A stretch of 64,000 nucleotides of DNA from Nitrosopumilaceae archaeon (GCA_965203465.1 CBDBCR010000003.1:64001-128000), one strand, 5' to 3'; counted from the first letter of the stretch, positions 15,001-21,411 are shown. Numbers and translations are program-made. The notes: generated by a model from the letters alone, not told the origin.

Positions 15001-18000
15001 CATCAGGTTGAGCGACGGGTCGGCTATGGAGCCCCCGCCCGAGCCCGGATCGCCGGCCAAGTCGATGCTCTCGGTCCTGTACCGGAGCACGGCGTTGTCC
15101 GGGTTGGTGTCCTCTAGGTTCCCCGAGAGGGTCAGCACGATAGAGTCCGAGTCTGCCGCCTGCGTGCTCGCATCGACGGTCAGGCCGTCCGCGTCGGTGC
15201 CCGATATAGACCAGCCCCGCGCGCTCTGATCCGTTATCGTGAGGTCTTCGCTGAACGTCACCGTTATCTGGTTGGGTGCCGTGGCCTCGGCCGTGACGGT
15301 GGGCTTTATGCCGTCGCCGGCGGCCGTCGCCGCGTACGTCGCAAGGTCGTTGCCCGACGTGTCCTCGATGTTGCCGCCCGAGTAGGCCACCGTTATGGAC
15401 GGCCGGGTGGTGTCGGCGATGTCCCCGTCCAGGTTCAGCGTGGCGCCCGTGCCGGATGCGGATTCGGTTATGCCCGATATCGAATCTACCGCAACGCCGC
15501 CCGCGTCGGTCCCCGATACGGCCCAGCCGAACGGGGCGGTGCCGGCCTCTGAGAGCCCCACCTCCTCGGAAAAGGCCACCTCGATCGTGCGGCGGTCGGT
15601 CACCTTTGTCGACTGAACCTCGGGGGCCTGCCCGTCGCCCAGAGTCCGCTGCAGCGCGCCGGCGCCCAGCGCGTTGCCGGACGCGTCGAGCACCCCCGCG
15701 GCGCCGATCGACAAAGAGCCCGTAGCGCCGGTGCCGGCCTCGTGGCCCGTGAACGAGAGCACGTGCGAGGCGCTCGTCTCGCCCGATATCGCGGACACCG
15801 CGCGCGGGGCCCCCTCCACCAGGACGGAGCCGTAGTCGGACAGCGCCGCGGTCACGGCCTCGCCGTACGAGACGGTTATCTGGTTGGGGCCGGTGACCCG
15901 CGAGGACGAGACCTGCGGCGCGAGGCCGTCCGATACCGGTATGGAAGAGCGCGCGGCAAGCGCGTTGGACGAGAGGTCGGTTATCGCGCCCGAGCCCGAA
16001 TTGGGGTCGCTGCCCACGTCGCCGCCCTCCGTCTTGTAGCGCAGCACCGCGTTGTCCGGGTCGGTGTCGGCGAGGTTGCCGGAGAGCGTCAGCACTATCG
16101 AACTGTTTACGGACGTGGCCGTGCTCGCATCGACGGTCAGGCCGTCCGCGTCGGTGCCGGATATGGACCACCCCTGAGCGGTCGTGTCCGATATGGTGAG
16201 GTCTTCGCTGAACGTGACCGTTATCTTGTTCAGAGCCGTGGCCTCGGCCGTCACGATCGGCGCGATGCCGTCGCCGGCCGCCGTGGCCGCGTAGGCCGCC
16301 AGATCGATGCCCGCCGTGTCCTCGATGTTGCCCCCAGAGTAGGCCACCGTTATGGACGGCCGGGTGGTGTCGGCGATGTCCCCGTCCAAGTTCAGCGTGG
16401 CGCCCGTGCCGGTTGCGGATTCCGTTATGTTGGATATGGAACTGACCTCGGCGCCGTCCGCGTCGGTACCCGATATCGTCCAGCCGAACGGCGCGGCGCC
16501 CGGACCCGACAGCCGGACCGGCTCGGAGAACAGCACCCAGACCGAGTTGCGCGAGGTCGCCGTGGCGGACAGCACGGCCGGGGCCGCGCCGTCCGATACG
16601 GGTATGTTTTGGCGCGCGGCCAGCGCGTTGGAGGCCGAATCGGCTATGGCCCCAGAGCCCGAGCCGGAGTCCGATCCGACGTCGGCCCCCGACGTCTCGT
16701 ACCTGAGCAGCACGCCGTCCGGCTTTGTGTCCGCCATGTTACCAGAGAGGGTCAGCACTATGGAACGGGCGCTGGCCGCGGCGGTGCTCGCGTCCACCGT
16801 CAGGCCGGAGGCGTCCGTGCCGGATACGGACCACCCTTGCGCGGTGGTGTCCGAGACGGTCAGCGGCTCGCTGAAGGTGACCCGTATCTTGTCCTGGGCC
16901 GTGGCCACGGCCGACGATATCGTCGGCGCCAGGTTCTCGGTGACGGCCACCGAAGAGCCTGCAAGGTCGATGTCGGCTGCGTCCTTTACGTCGCCCGCAG
17001 AGGCGTCGTACGACAGCGCCACCTCGCCTATCGGCACCGAAAAGGCCGGCGAGACGGTCAGCACGACCGAGCCGGAATCCGAGAGAGCCGGATAGCCCGT
17101 GATCGCGCGGCTGCCGGCGCCGGCCCCCGAGAGCGTCCAGGTGGAGCCGGGCGCCGTGGCCGTGCCAGATACGGGCTCGGAGAACGTGACTGTTATCTTG
17201 TCGGTCCCGTTGGACTCTGCGAGCAGTATAGCGGGGGCGATGCCGTCCGAGACGGAGGCGGACTGGCTCTGCATGGGGTTGTCCAGGGCGGTCGGATACG
17301 TCAGGGCCTGCGCTAGGCCGCCGCGATCGTTGTACTCGCCAAAGAATCTATCAACGTGCGTGAACAAAGACGCCCTGTCCCGGATGTCGCCGCCGCCCGA
17401 GCCGGCGTCGGCCCCCACATCGATCCCCGACGTCTCGTAGCGAATCTGCAGGCCGTCCGGCTTCGTGTCGGGCAGCGGGCCCGAGAGCCCCAGTGTGACC
17501 CGGTTTCCGTCGAGCCGCGTGCTGGAATCCACGGTGCGCGAGGCCGAATCCGTCCCGGATATCGACCACCCCTTGCCGTCAGTGTCTGAGGTGGTCACGC
17601 GCTCGTCAAAAGTCACCTGCACCGTGGTAAGGGACGTGGCCCTGACGCCGGATATCGACGGCGCTATGCCGTCGTCTATGGGCATGTTGCGTCGCGATCG
17701 TTCAGAAAACATCGTGTGTCCTGCCGGATCAGTTGCCCAATTCACGGGGACGCGGTGCGTTCCTGTCCACGAAGAGCCAAAAGAGCTGCAAGTCGATGTA
17801 ACCTCGATCGTGTCAGAGGTTTGGCCAAGGCCCGGTGTACGGCCGCTGGCTGCACCGCAACCTCCGGGAAAATCGATTATTGAATCGTGTGCAGAACGCG
17901 TCACAGGCTCGCTGAACTTGAACTCGATTATGTTCGGCGCTTTCGTCTTTGCTGAAAGCGTGGGCCTGATGCCGTCCTGTATTGGTATATTCTCGCGCGC

Positions 18001-21000
18001 GGCCAGCGCGTTGGAGTCCGAGTCCGCGATGGCGCCCGAGCCCGAGTCCGCGTCGCCGCCCACGTCCCCCGCCAAAACCTTGTAGCGCAGCACCGCGTTG
18101 TCCGGGTTGGTGTCGGCCAGGTTGCCCGAAAGCGTCAGCGTGACCCGGTTTCCGTTGAGCGCCGAGCTCCGGTCAACCGTGAGGCCGTCGGCGTCGGCGC
18201 CCGATACGGACCACCCTTGCGCGTTTGTCCCCGGCGCAGAGACGCGCTCGCTGAACGTGACCGTTATCGTGTTCAGGGAGGTGGCCCGCGCCGAAGAGAC
18301 GGTCGGCGCCAGATTCTGCGACACCGGGGCCGAGCCTGAAAGCGCCAGGCCGGCAGGATCGGCTATGTCGCCGGCAGAGTACGAGAGGGCCACCTGGCCG
18401 ATGGGCGAAGGGAACGCCGACGAGACTGTCAGGACTGTCTGGTCGGACCGCGAGGGCGCCTCGTAGGCTGTGACGGTGCGGCCGCCGGCGCCGGCCCCCG
18501 AAAGCGTCCAAGTGGAGCCGGGCGCCGTGGCGGTCCCCGAGACCGGCTCCGAAAAGGTCACGGTTATCTGGTCTGCTGCGCGCGAGACGGCCGACGATAC
18601 GGACGGCGCGATGCGGTCCGAGACGCGCGCGGACTGGTCGGCCATGGCCATGCCGTTGGCGTCGGCCAGCCTCACCGGCTGAAAGCCGGAAGGCGTGGAA
18701 TCGTAGTGAACCACGACGCCGTCCGGCGCCGTGTCCGGAAGGTCGGAGCTGAGCGTGAGGGTGAGCGTGCTGGTAAGGACCGTCAGCGACGACAGCCGGA
18801 GCACCGAATTGCCGGCCGCGTCGCCGCCCGAGACGCTCCACGCGCCGAGCAGGTCGGCCGGCGGGCTGGAGCTCTGTGCGGGCTGCGAGAGGGACACCAC
18901 GACGGTGTCCGGGGCAACGGCCGCTGCCGACGATATCTCCGGGGCCCGGTAGTCCGAGGCGGGCGCCGAGGCGGCGGCCAAGCGGTTGCCGGACGCGTCC
19001 GAGACGGTGCCGACCCCCAGATAGACTACGCTCAGGCCGGAGGCGTCCAGCGGAAGGGCCATGTTGAGATCGACGGTCATGGAGCCGGTCAGAGAGGCCA
19101 GCGACGAGGCCGACAGGGGGCCGAGCGCCTGGAACTGCCCGCCGGCGTGCGAAAACTCCCAGTGCAGGAAAGAGTTGTCCGAGCTTTGCACCGGCTCGCT
19201 GAACACGACGGTCACCTGCCTGTCTGCGGTGATCCTGGCCTCGAAGGCCGGCGCTACGCCGTCCGATACGGGTATGCTTTGGCGCGCGGCCAGCGCGTTG
19301 GACGACGAGTCCGTCACGGCCCCCGAGCCCGAGCCCGCGTCGGTACCCACGTCGGTCCCCGACGTCTCGTACCTGAGCAGCACGCCGTCGGGCCCCGTGT
19401 CCGCCAGGTCCCCCGAGAGCGTCAAGACCACCGTCGTCGAGCCCGACGAGATGTCAGAGCTGGCCGCGACGTGGCGCGAGGCCGAATCGGTCCCCGATAT
19501 GGACCATCCCAGCCCTGTTTGATCGGCAGTCTTTACGGTCTCGCTGAACGTCACCGTTATCCTGTCCAGGGCGGTGGCCTCGGCCGACAGTATCGCAGGC
19601 GCGGCCCCGTCGGTGCCGACGACCACGGCCACGCCGCCGGTCTCTGCCGCTATGGCGTTGGCGGTCGGCGATATCACGTCCGAGATGGCGCCGGCGGCCA
19701 CGTACAGGTGCGGGCCGGTCATGGCCAGAACCGCCTGGCGGTTGGCCTCTGAGAGCCGGAACTTTAGCGTCAGCCCGTCGGACTGGCCCGCCTGCACCTC
19801 GGCTGCGGACAGCGAGACCTCGCCGGCCGAGCCGTCGGCTGCCCCCGAGCCGGGCCGTATCTCGAATCCGGCGCCGTCCGCGCCGGACACGTCGACGGTC
19901 TCGTCGAACGTGACCGTGAGGACGCCGGTGCCCCCGTCCAGGGAGGCAGATTCCACCTCGGGCTTTACGGCGTCCGGCGTGTCGGCTATCTCGGTGGCCG
20001 AAGAGGCGGGGGCGTTGTTGTTCGAAGAATCCTTCGTGACGCCGGCCTCGAGGCGCACGTGCGGCTCGGCGTACCCGATGACCGACTGCCTGAGGGCCTC
20101 GGTCAGTTTTATCCTGATCTGCGCGTCGGCCAGCACGACGGCGGTGACCGCCGAGCCGCTCAGCGCGGTGCCGCCGGCGCCGTCGCCGTCGCGCACGAAG
20201 ATCTTGGCCAGATCAACGGACGCGCCGTCGCCCACGTGCTCGTCGAAGTTGAGGTTGAGCACGCCGGTCCCCTCGTCGACGGACGCCGAGACCAGTACCG
20301 GGCCCGTGGTGTCGGCCGCGGGCCTGGGCGCGGACTTGGTCACGGTCGCCAGCGCCGCGTCGGTGCCCGACGCCTTGAAGGCGTTGGCGGCTATCACCAC
20401 TTCCGAGTCGGCGGTTATATCCTTCATGGATTCCTTTTGCGCCGGGCTCAGCCCTATGTCCTTCATGGATTCCTTTTGCGCCGGGCTCAGCCCTATGGTG
20501 GCCACCGCGCCGCTGATCGAAAGCGAGGACGTCGAGTCGAGCGTCGTCCCTCCGGATTTGCCTTCCTCCCGCACGGTTATCTTCCCGAGCGCGTCGGCGC
20601 TGCTGGTGTGCGCCTCGATGTTCTGGTCGAACGTGAGGGTCAGCTTGCCCGCGTGCCGGCTGCCGCCCTGCTCGAAGTTGTTCAGGTCGATTGCAGCCGA
20701 GTCGAGCACGGGCAGCAGGACCAGCCGGGCCGAGGCGTCGGTGTTTGTGTTGAACGCGGCGTCGGCCACGGCGCCCTCTTCGAGGTGGATGTACGGGTCC
20801 GCGTAGCTGTTTACATCGTCTAGCGCGCTATTGTCGAGCACTATCGTGACGGTGCTAAGGTTGTCGGCCGAGGTGAGTTGCGAGCTGGTCAACATCGTGC
20901 CGCCGCCCTTGGTGGACCCGTCGGTGATCGATATCTTGTCCTGGCGCACGGGGTGGCTGATTCGTTCGCTGAACGTGATTACGAGGGTGCCCGACTCGGT

Positions 21001-21171
21001 GTCCAGCGTCGGCGCGACGGTGCCGTGGAGCGCCGGGGGCGTGGTGTCAGACTGCCCGGCAGCGCCTGCGGCCCACGCGGCCAGGCACAGGAAAGCGGCA
21101 ATGGCCGCGGCCCTGTAGATCACGGGGCCGGCCTCTCGGGGGCGCGTCTTGGCGGGGGCTCTTGCCCGCAT
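1..21171 (-). CDS. Giant secreted repetitive surface protein/adhesin (>7057 aa, 3' end beyond window start), with dozens of ~105-115 aa Ig-like/SwmB-like repeats
   Basis: ATG at 21171 reads MRARAPAKTRPREAGPVIYRAAAIAAFLCLAAWAAGAAGQSDTTPP (signal peptide). The same frame still reads ...DDGIAPRIESAAATSLTTVEVAFSEPVSVPANAQ at position 1. The ORF track has no minus-strand ORF in this frame, which implies no internal stop, and the + strand shadow ORFs stay in one frame. Repeat consensus: DGIAPTVxxAxATxLxxIxVTFSE...GWSISGTDAAGLTV...VLTLSGNLADTxPDxxxLRY...GSGSGAIADxxSNAL. Confidence 0.93.
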   Translation of the reverse strand, partial: MRARAPAKTRPREAGPVIYRAAAIAAFLCLAAWAAGAAGQSDTTPPALHGTVAPTLDTESGTLVITFSERISHPVRQDKISITDGSTKGGGTMLTSSQLTSADNLSTVTIVLDNSALDDVNSYADPYIHLEEGAVADAAFNTNTDASARLVLLPVLDSAAIDLNNFEQGGSRHAGKLTLTFDQNIEAHTSSADALGKITVREEGKSGGTTLDSTSSLSISGAVATIGLSPAQKESMKDIGLSPAQKESMKDITADSEVVIAANAFKASGTDAALATVTKSAPRPAADTTGPVLVSASVDEGTGVLNLNFDEHVGDGASVDLAKIFVRDGDGAGGTALSGSAVTAVVLADAQIRIKLTEALRQSVIGYAEPHVRLEAGVTKDSSNNNAPASSATEIADTPDAVKPEVESASLDGGTGVLTVTFDETVDVSGADGAGFEIRPGSGAADGSAGEVSLSAAEVQAGQSDGLTLKFRLSEANRQAVLAMTGPHLYVAAGAISDVISPTANAIAAETGGVAVVVGTDGAAPAILSAEATALDRITVTFSETVKTADQTGLGWSISGTDSASRHVAASSDISSGSTTVVLTLSGDLADTGPDGVLLRYETSGTDVGTDAGSGSGAVTDSSSNALAARQSIPVSDGVAPAFEARITADRQVTVVFSEPVQSSDNSFLHWEFSHAGGQFQALGPLSASSLASLTGSMTVDLNMALPLDASGLSVVYLGVGTVSDASGNRLAAASAPASDYRAPEISSAAAVAPDTVVVSLSQPAQSSSPPADLLGAWSVSGGDAAGNSVLRLSSLTVLTSTLTLTLSSDLPDTAPDGVVVHYDSTPSGFQPVRLADANGMAMADQSARVSDRIAPSVSSAVSRAADQITVTFSEPVSGTATAPGSTWTLSGAGAGGRTVTAYEAPSRSDQTVLTVSSAFPSPIGQVALSYSAGDIADPAGLALSGSAPVSQNLAPTVSSARATSLNTITVTFSERVSAPGTNAQGWSVSGADADGLTVDRSSALNGNRVTLTLSGNLADTNPDNAVLRYKVLAGDVGGDADSGSGAIADSDSNALAARENIPIQDGIRPTLSAKTKAPNIIEFKFSEPVTRSAHDSIIDFPGGCGAASGRTPGLGQTSDTIEVTSTCSSFGSSWTGTHRVPVNWATDPAGHTMFSERSRRNMPIDDGIAPSISGVRATSLTTVQVTFDERVTTSDTDGKGWSISGTDSASRTVDSSTRLDGNRVTLGLSGPLPDTKPDGLQIRYETSGIDVGADAGSGGGDIRDRASLFTHVDRFFGEYNDRGGLAQALTYPTALDNPMQSQSASVSDGIAPAILLAESNGTDKITVTFSEPVSGTATAPGSTWTLSGAGAGSRAITGYPALSDSGSVVLTVSPAFSVPIGEVALSYDASAGDVKDAADIDLAGSSVAVTENLAPTISSAVATAQDKIRVTFSEPLTVSDTTAQGWSVSGTDASGLTVDASTAAASARSIVLTLSGNMADTKPDGVLLRYETSGADVGSDSGSGSGAIADSASNALAARQNIPVSDGAAPAVLSATATSRNSVWVLFSEPVRLSGPGAAPFGWTISGTDADGAEVSSISNITESATGTGATLNLDGDIADTTRPSITVAYSGGNIEDTAGIDLAAYAATAAGDGIAPIVTAEATALNKITVTFSEDLTISDTTAQGWSISGTDADGLTVDASTATSVNSSIVLTLSGNLADTDPDNAVLRYKTEGGDVGSDPNSGSGAITDLSSNALAARSSIPVSDGLAPQVSSSRVTGPNQITVSYGEAVTAALSDYGSVLVEGAPRAVSAISGETSASHVLSFTGHEAGTGATGSLSIGAAGVLDASGNALGAGALQRTLGDGQAPEVQSTKVTDRRTIEVAFSEEVGLSEAGTAPFGWAVSGTDAGGVAVDSISGITESASGTGATLNLDGDIADTTRPSITVAYSGGNIEDTSGNDLATYAATAAGDGIKPTVTAEATAPNQITVTFSEDLTITDQSARGWSISGTDADGLTVDASTQAADSDSIVLTLSGNLEDTNPDNAVLRYRTESIDLAGDPGSGGGSIADPSLNLMEARQNIPISDGIAPTVTAEATALNKITVTFSEPLTISDTTAQGWSISGTDADGLTVDASTATSVNSSIVLTLSGNLADTDPDNAVLRYKTEGGDVGSDPNSGSGAITDLSSNALAARQGIPVSDGLPPTAEFRLTADNAITVTFSEGVSSPDNAASHWTLSGADAAGLAVSSVSSLASSSGSMTVALNGNVPVPSTDLKLAYSAGGTISDGANLVLAAAPATAVQDDRRPSILSATAVDRDTVVVELTRGVTSTDSASDILSAWSISGGDAASPASLSVQTVSSLAVRTSTLTFTLSSGLPDTKPDGVVLSFDATPSQGTTVSISDAESRVLADASVDVSDGIAPEVESARIVGPTTIEVAYGEEVTAAQADYLSATVDGAAATVSGLANGSTDRHTIQFSPASPVGTGATGTMSIDGAAVTDASGNALGTATVSQNLADGQKPTIISAEATAINEITVTFSEDVKATGTAGTGGWSISGGDSNSRVVDTRSDISATASDTLVLRLNGGLLDTKPEGVKLAYDSSTGDVQDTASSANELASATDIDVSDGVKPTIESVVATALNEITITFSEAVTATGTAGTGGWSISGGDSNSRVVDTRSDISATASDTLVLRLNGGLLDTKPEGVKLAYDSSTGDVQDTASSANELASATDIDVSDGVKPTIESARATALDEITVTFSEAVTATGTAGTGGWSISGGDWNSRVVDTRSDISAGSSTTLVLTLDGGLLDTKPDGVKLAYDSSAGDVADEAGTANELASATNIDVSDGIAPTVTAEATALNRITVTFSEPLTVQDTSAQGWSISGTDADGLAVDTSTATSANSSIVLTLSGNLADTDPDNAVLRYKTSAGDVPGDTGSGSGAIADLASNALAARSSIPISDGLAPSFEARITEDRTVIIDFGEQVSGSGNLAGHWAFSHADGSFSVPRSLSVTSLSSLTDSMAIGLDRDMPQDISGLSVGYSGSAVSDASGNALPASSADVSEERRPAVASIRATELDKIAVKFTSPVKSPDSPADLLAAWSVSGGDAASPASLSVQSMTSLQVLTSSLTITLSSDLPDTKPDGVILAYDGSAVTIASDGGKELEDLSGDVADGIKPTVTARATALNRIAVTFSEPLTIQDTTAQGWSVSGTDAAGLTVDASSAASGSNSVVLTLSGNLADTNPDNAVLRYETSGTDIGTDAGSGSGAIADPASNAMAARAGIPVSDGIAPTISATTVLPNKVAYRFSEAVSVSGSFTIQTFRLSPGCATGSTSALAGQNSVTFTSRCNISSSSSGSFLYDGRNVSDLAGNRPGAWVYMPIDDGVAPSITGVTATSLTTVQVTFDEDVSTSDTAGKGWSISGTDSASRTVDSSTSLDGRTVTLTLSGPLPDTTPDIQLRYETSGADIGADTGSGSGDIADKSSSRAAFPEAQDRPKQRSSVAQYLTFPDAAVSSPLASRASIPVSDGIAPRIVSAEATKLDEITVGFSEAVRMSDTGAPTGWTISGTDAASVSVSSITDISSTQSGTTARLLLSGNLADTSPDIAVAYSGGNIEDIYDNALAAYSDAPSDGISPTFAARATAPDKITVTFSEDLTILDTSAQGWSISGTDAAGLTVDASTAASDGGSIVLTLSGNLEGTRPEASLRYKTSAGDEGGDPGSGSGAVSDPSSNAMAAASAPVSDGIAPAIASAVSHESNKITVEFSEEVSGTATDPDDTWSLSGAGAGGRTITVYDAFSDSRSIEITASSAFAEPIGEVTLSYSGSAGDIADASDNGLAGASVSVSQNLAPAISSAAAVSADEIRVEFSEDVTGTATGAAGTWKLHGADSAGITVSRYLGISSSTDTVSLGLSGDLPDTSPSLRLQYVQSPGDIKDGTDKPLASTVSPHVSVSDLLPPALLSAVLNESSGELALEFSEDVDVSSADASKFHIRESGSSSGGTALTGRLDAGQSDGASVAFTLTAQQLATVLALSVPELDIDAGAVSDTASPANAIPASQDSRVAALLGVDSASFDGESGGLTINLNRAAKISAPGDIDETLIGVRDGPSASPSAPGAFVLDQDSTSETSDTASPAFELDEDRRQLVLAMADPRLYVSAGAFRDADGDLSVPASGVDIAVTADSAAPIISAPADVTFDAGTGRLAVAFNEYIDVGRLSATSVHVRDGTSQPATGQLTMTDSMLAVSSNTSTLRFSLDEESRQAVIGMSDPNLYFAPNTVYDTSGNPFAPDSAGHDVAVTADSIAPAFESVLYDGSDGRLTAVFSETVAISSVDASKFDIRESGSSSGGINLAGRLDAGQPDGVSVKFTLTAQQRADFEALSVPELDIDAGAVSDKAGIPSDASADNAVGLTLYVLSSTVDGGLGDLEITLSKTAKASAPGDIDETLIGVRDGPSATPGSAGAFVLDQDSTSETSDTASPAFELDEDRRQLVLAMADPRLYVSAGAFRDADGDLSVPASGVDIAVTADSAAPIISAPADVTFDAGTGRLAVAFNEYIDVGRLSATSVHVRDGTSQPAAGQLTMTDSMLAVSSNTSTLRFSLDEASRQAVIGMSDPNLYFAPNTVYDTSGNPFAPDSAGHDVAVTADSIAPVFASASYHGSDGVLTVVFSETVAISSVDASKFDIRESGSSSGGIKLTSRLDAGQPDGFSVKFTLVAQQRAAFETLSDPELDISAGAVSDTTGVQIAESLDKPVSDLLTVDSATVTSRRTITVTFSDPAQLSGAAPFGWTISGADAGGASVESIAGIPMLNAGLESRSSTAVLTLDRDIADTTKPAITVAYSGDGIRDNSNRPLADYPPTAAGDGISPTVTAEATAPNQITVTFSEDLTVLDTSAQGWSISGTDAAGLTVDTSTATSVNSSIVLTLSGNLADTNPDNAVLRYKTATGDVGSDVGSGSGAITDLASNALAPRSSIPISDGLPPTVTAKATARDSITVTFSESLTVQDTSAQGWSVSGTDAAGLTVDASSAASGSNSVVLTLSGNLADTNPDNAVLRYETSGADVGSDAGSGSGAVADSSSNAMEARAGIPVSDGIAPTVYARTEAPNKAVSVFSEDVRIGNFAIHDARLNGQANCAGGTTLTAADRFTFTSRDCTVNPSWSGFVQYDPNGVRDLAGNALSSSRQFLPLDDGVAPSITAAKATSADTIQVTFDEDVSTSDLAGKGWSISGADSASRTVDSSTSLDGNTVTLTLSGPLSDTKPDIHLRYETSGTDVGADAGSGSGDIADKASSTTSFTGPGGTVQRSSVSQYLTFPAAPPSNALEARQSIPVSDGVAPTISSAAAVSLTEIRVTFSEPLTILDAAAQGWSVSGTDAGSHVVVSSTTSSGSDSIVLTLDKALADTKPDGVLLRYETSGTDAAGDPGSGSGAIEDPDSNALAARQGIPVSDGIAPTAEFRLTADDAITVSFSEPVSSSDNDASHWTISGADAAGLAVSSVSSLTSSTGSMTISLSGNVPVPSTDLRLAYSAAGTIQDGSNLALAAVSATAVQDDRRPSILSATAVNRDTIVVEFTRGVSSSASPSDLLSAWSISGGDAASPTALSISGASSLSSLTSTLRLDLSSGLPDTKPDSVVLSFDAAPSQGTTVTISGTDSRVLADASVDVADGIAPEIESASIVGPTTIEVAYGEAVTAAQADYVSATVDGAAATVSGLANGSTDRHTVTFSTASPVGTGATGSVSIDAAAVADASGNALGSATVSQNLADGQKPTITSARATSLTTIEVTFSEDVKATGTAGAAGWSISGGDSNSRLVDTRSGISSTASDTLVLTLDGGLSDTKPEGVKLAYVAADGTVQDTAAAANSMDDASNIDVSDAVRPTVESARATSLTTIEVTFSETVKATGTSGAAGWSISGGDWNSRVVDRRSDISATASDTLVLTLNGGLLDTKPEGVKLAYDSAAGDVADEAGTANELASASNIDVSDGVKPTVESARATSLTTIEVTFSEPVKATGTSGAAGWSISGGDSNSRLVNTRAGISSTASDTLVLTLDGNLTDTKPEGVKLAYDSSAGDVADEAAGTANELASATDIDVSDAVRPTIESAKATSLTTIEVTFSELVDASATNAQGWSISGTDAPSLQVVSSTSTSSGLSTVLTLSGSLADTNPDNAVLRYKTSAGDVPGDADSGSGAIADSESNALEARENMPVSDGIAPTASFALTDDRVVTVSFSEDVSSPDNDASHWTLSGADAAGLAISSVSSLTSAAGSMTVALDGDVPAPSTDLKLAYSAGGTIQDGANLALAAVPATAVSDDRRPSILSATAVNPAATGPSTIVVVFTRDASSSNTPAQIAAAWSVSGTDATVNGSALSVSGASSLSVSTKTLTLTLDGRLPDTRPDLDIAYDSTPASGTAVSITDANSKAMADASVAVADGIAPAVEKAEITGPTTITITYGEAVTAGQTAYSPATVDNQFRQISNVSGSGTAVHTLTFTNPAGTGATGSVNIAEAEIADASGNAMTRTTGALTQPLADGQKPTITSAKATKLNEITVTFSENVKATGTAGTGGWSISGGDWNSRVVDRRSDISATASDTLVLTLDGNLADTKPEGVKLAYDSSSGDVADDAGTANELDSATNIDVSDGVKPEIESAKVTGPRQITIVYSETVTHNLAHYNNINVGGGRFASGFAGANTDTAVLSFAGSNTGTDATGTVQINFGAIRDGSNNALGSGHVTQTLTDGQAPTFTAKATELDKITVTFSENLSILDTTAQGWSVSGTDAAGRTVDSSTAVSNGRSVVLTLSSDMEDTKPDGVVLRYKTSSGDVTGDANSGSGAIADPASNALEAKQSTAVSDGIKPEIESAKVTGPGQFTITYSEAVTASQSHYGSASVGGQTATISSISGQTTATHVVSFTAPNPVGTGAEGSVQIDSTQVKDGSNNALGTSTALSQDLKDGQNPSVASATVADRRTIQVAFSESVRLSGAGTAPFGWAISGADANSAEVDSISDISESVSGTSATLTLDRDIADTTSPSVTVAYSGGNIEDTSDNNLAAYAAAAADDGIAPRIESAAATSLTTVEVAFSEPVSVPANAQ
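7130..8885. repeat. Near-identical internal duplication (period 1032 bp) in the giant gene
   Basis: ttgccgctcgtgtcgtacacagtgttggg occurs at 7364 and 8396, and identity extends for hundreds of bases. Confidence 0.9.
12860..13610. repeat. Tandem 327-bp (109 aa) near-identical domain repeats in the giant gene
   Basis: tacgccgtccgagacgtcgatgtccgtggccgaggcgagc occurs at 13021 and 13348. Confidence 0.9.
20420..20497. repeat. Perfect 39-bp tandem duplication (IGLSPAQKESMKD x2) in the giant gene
   Basis: tccttcatggattccttttgcgccgggctcagccctatg at 20420-20458 and 20459-20497. Confidence 0.95.
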
Positions 21172-21208
21172 GCGTGGATCTGGCGCACGGCCGGCCGGCC
21201 GCCTTCAA

Positions 21209-21275
21209 TTATATAAACTACGAAAATTCCTACCACTGTCGATAGTCCCGAAATTCGTCCACCCCCCCCCCCCCC
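21209..21275 (-). promoter_or_regulatory. Archaeal TATA box (TTTATATAA) of the giant gene with an upstream G14 homopolymer
   Basis: ttatataaa at 21209-21217, about 38 nt upstream of ATG 21171; C14 on the + strand at 21262-21275. Confidence 0.7.
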
Positions 21276-21411
21276 AAGAGGCCGGACGCCAGCGCGCAGG
21301 GGCGCCTGCCTGCGCGGAAGAGGGCCGCCGCTGGCACGGATCGGGCGCCACCGGATTTGCACGGGCGTTCGGCCCCGGCCCGCCCCATATAGGTTGGCCC
21401 CCCGGGATCGG

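Noticed and set aside
1-21200. Dozens of + strand ORFs and off-frame minus ORFs in the track
   Set aside because: They are antisense or frame shadows of the giant GC-rich minus-strand gene, with S/T/V-rich or R/G-rich composition and no independent signals
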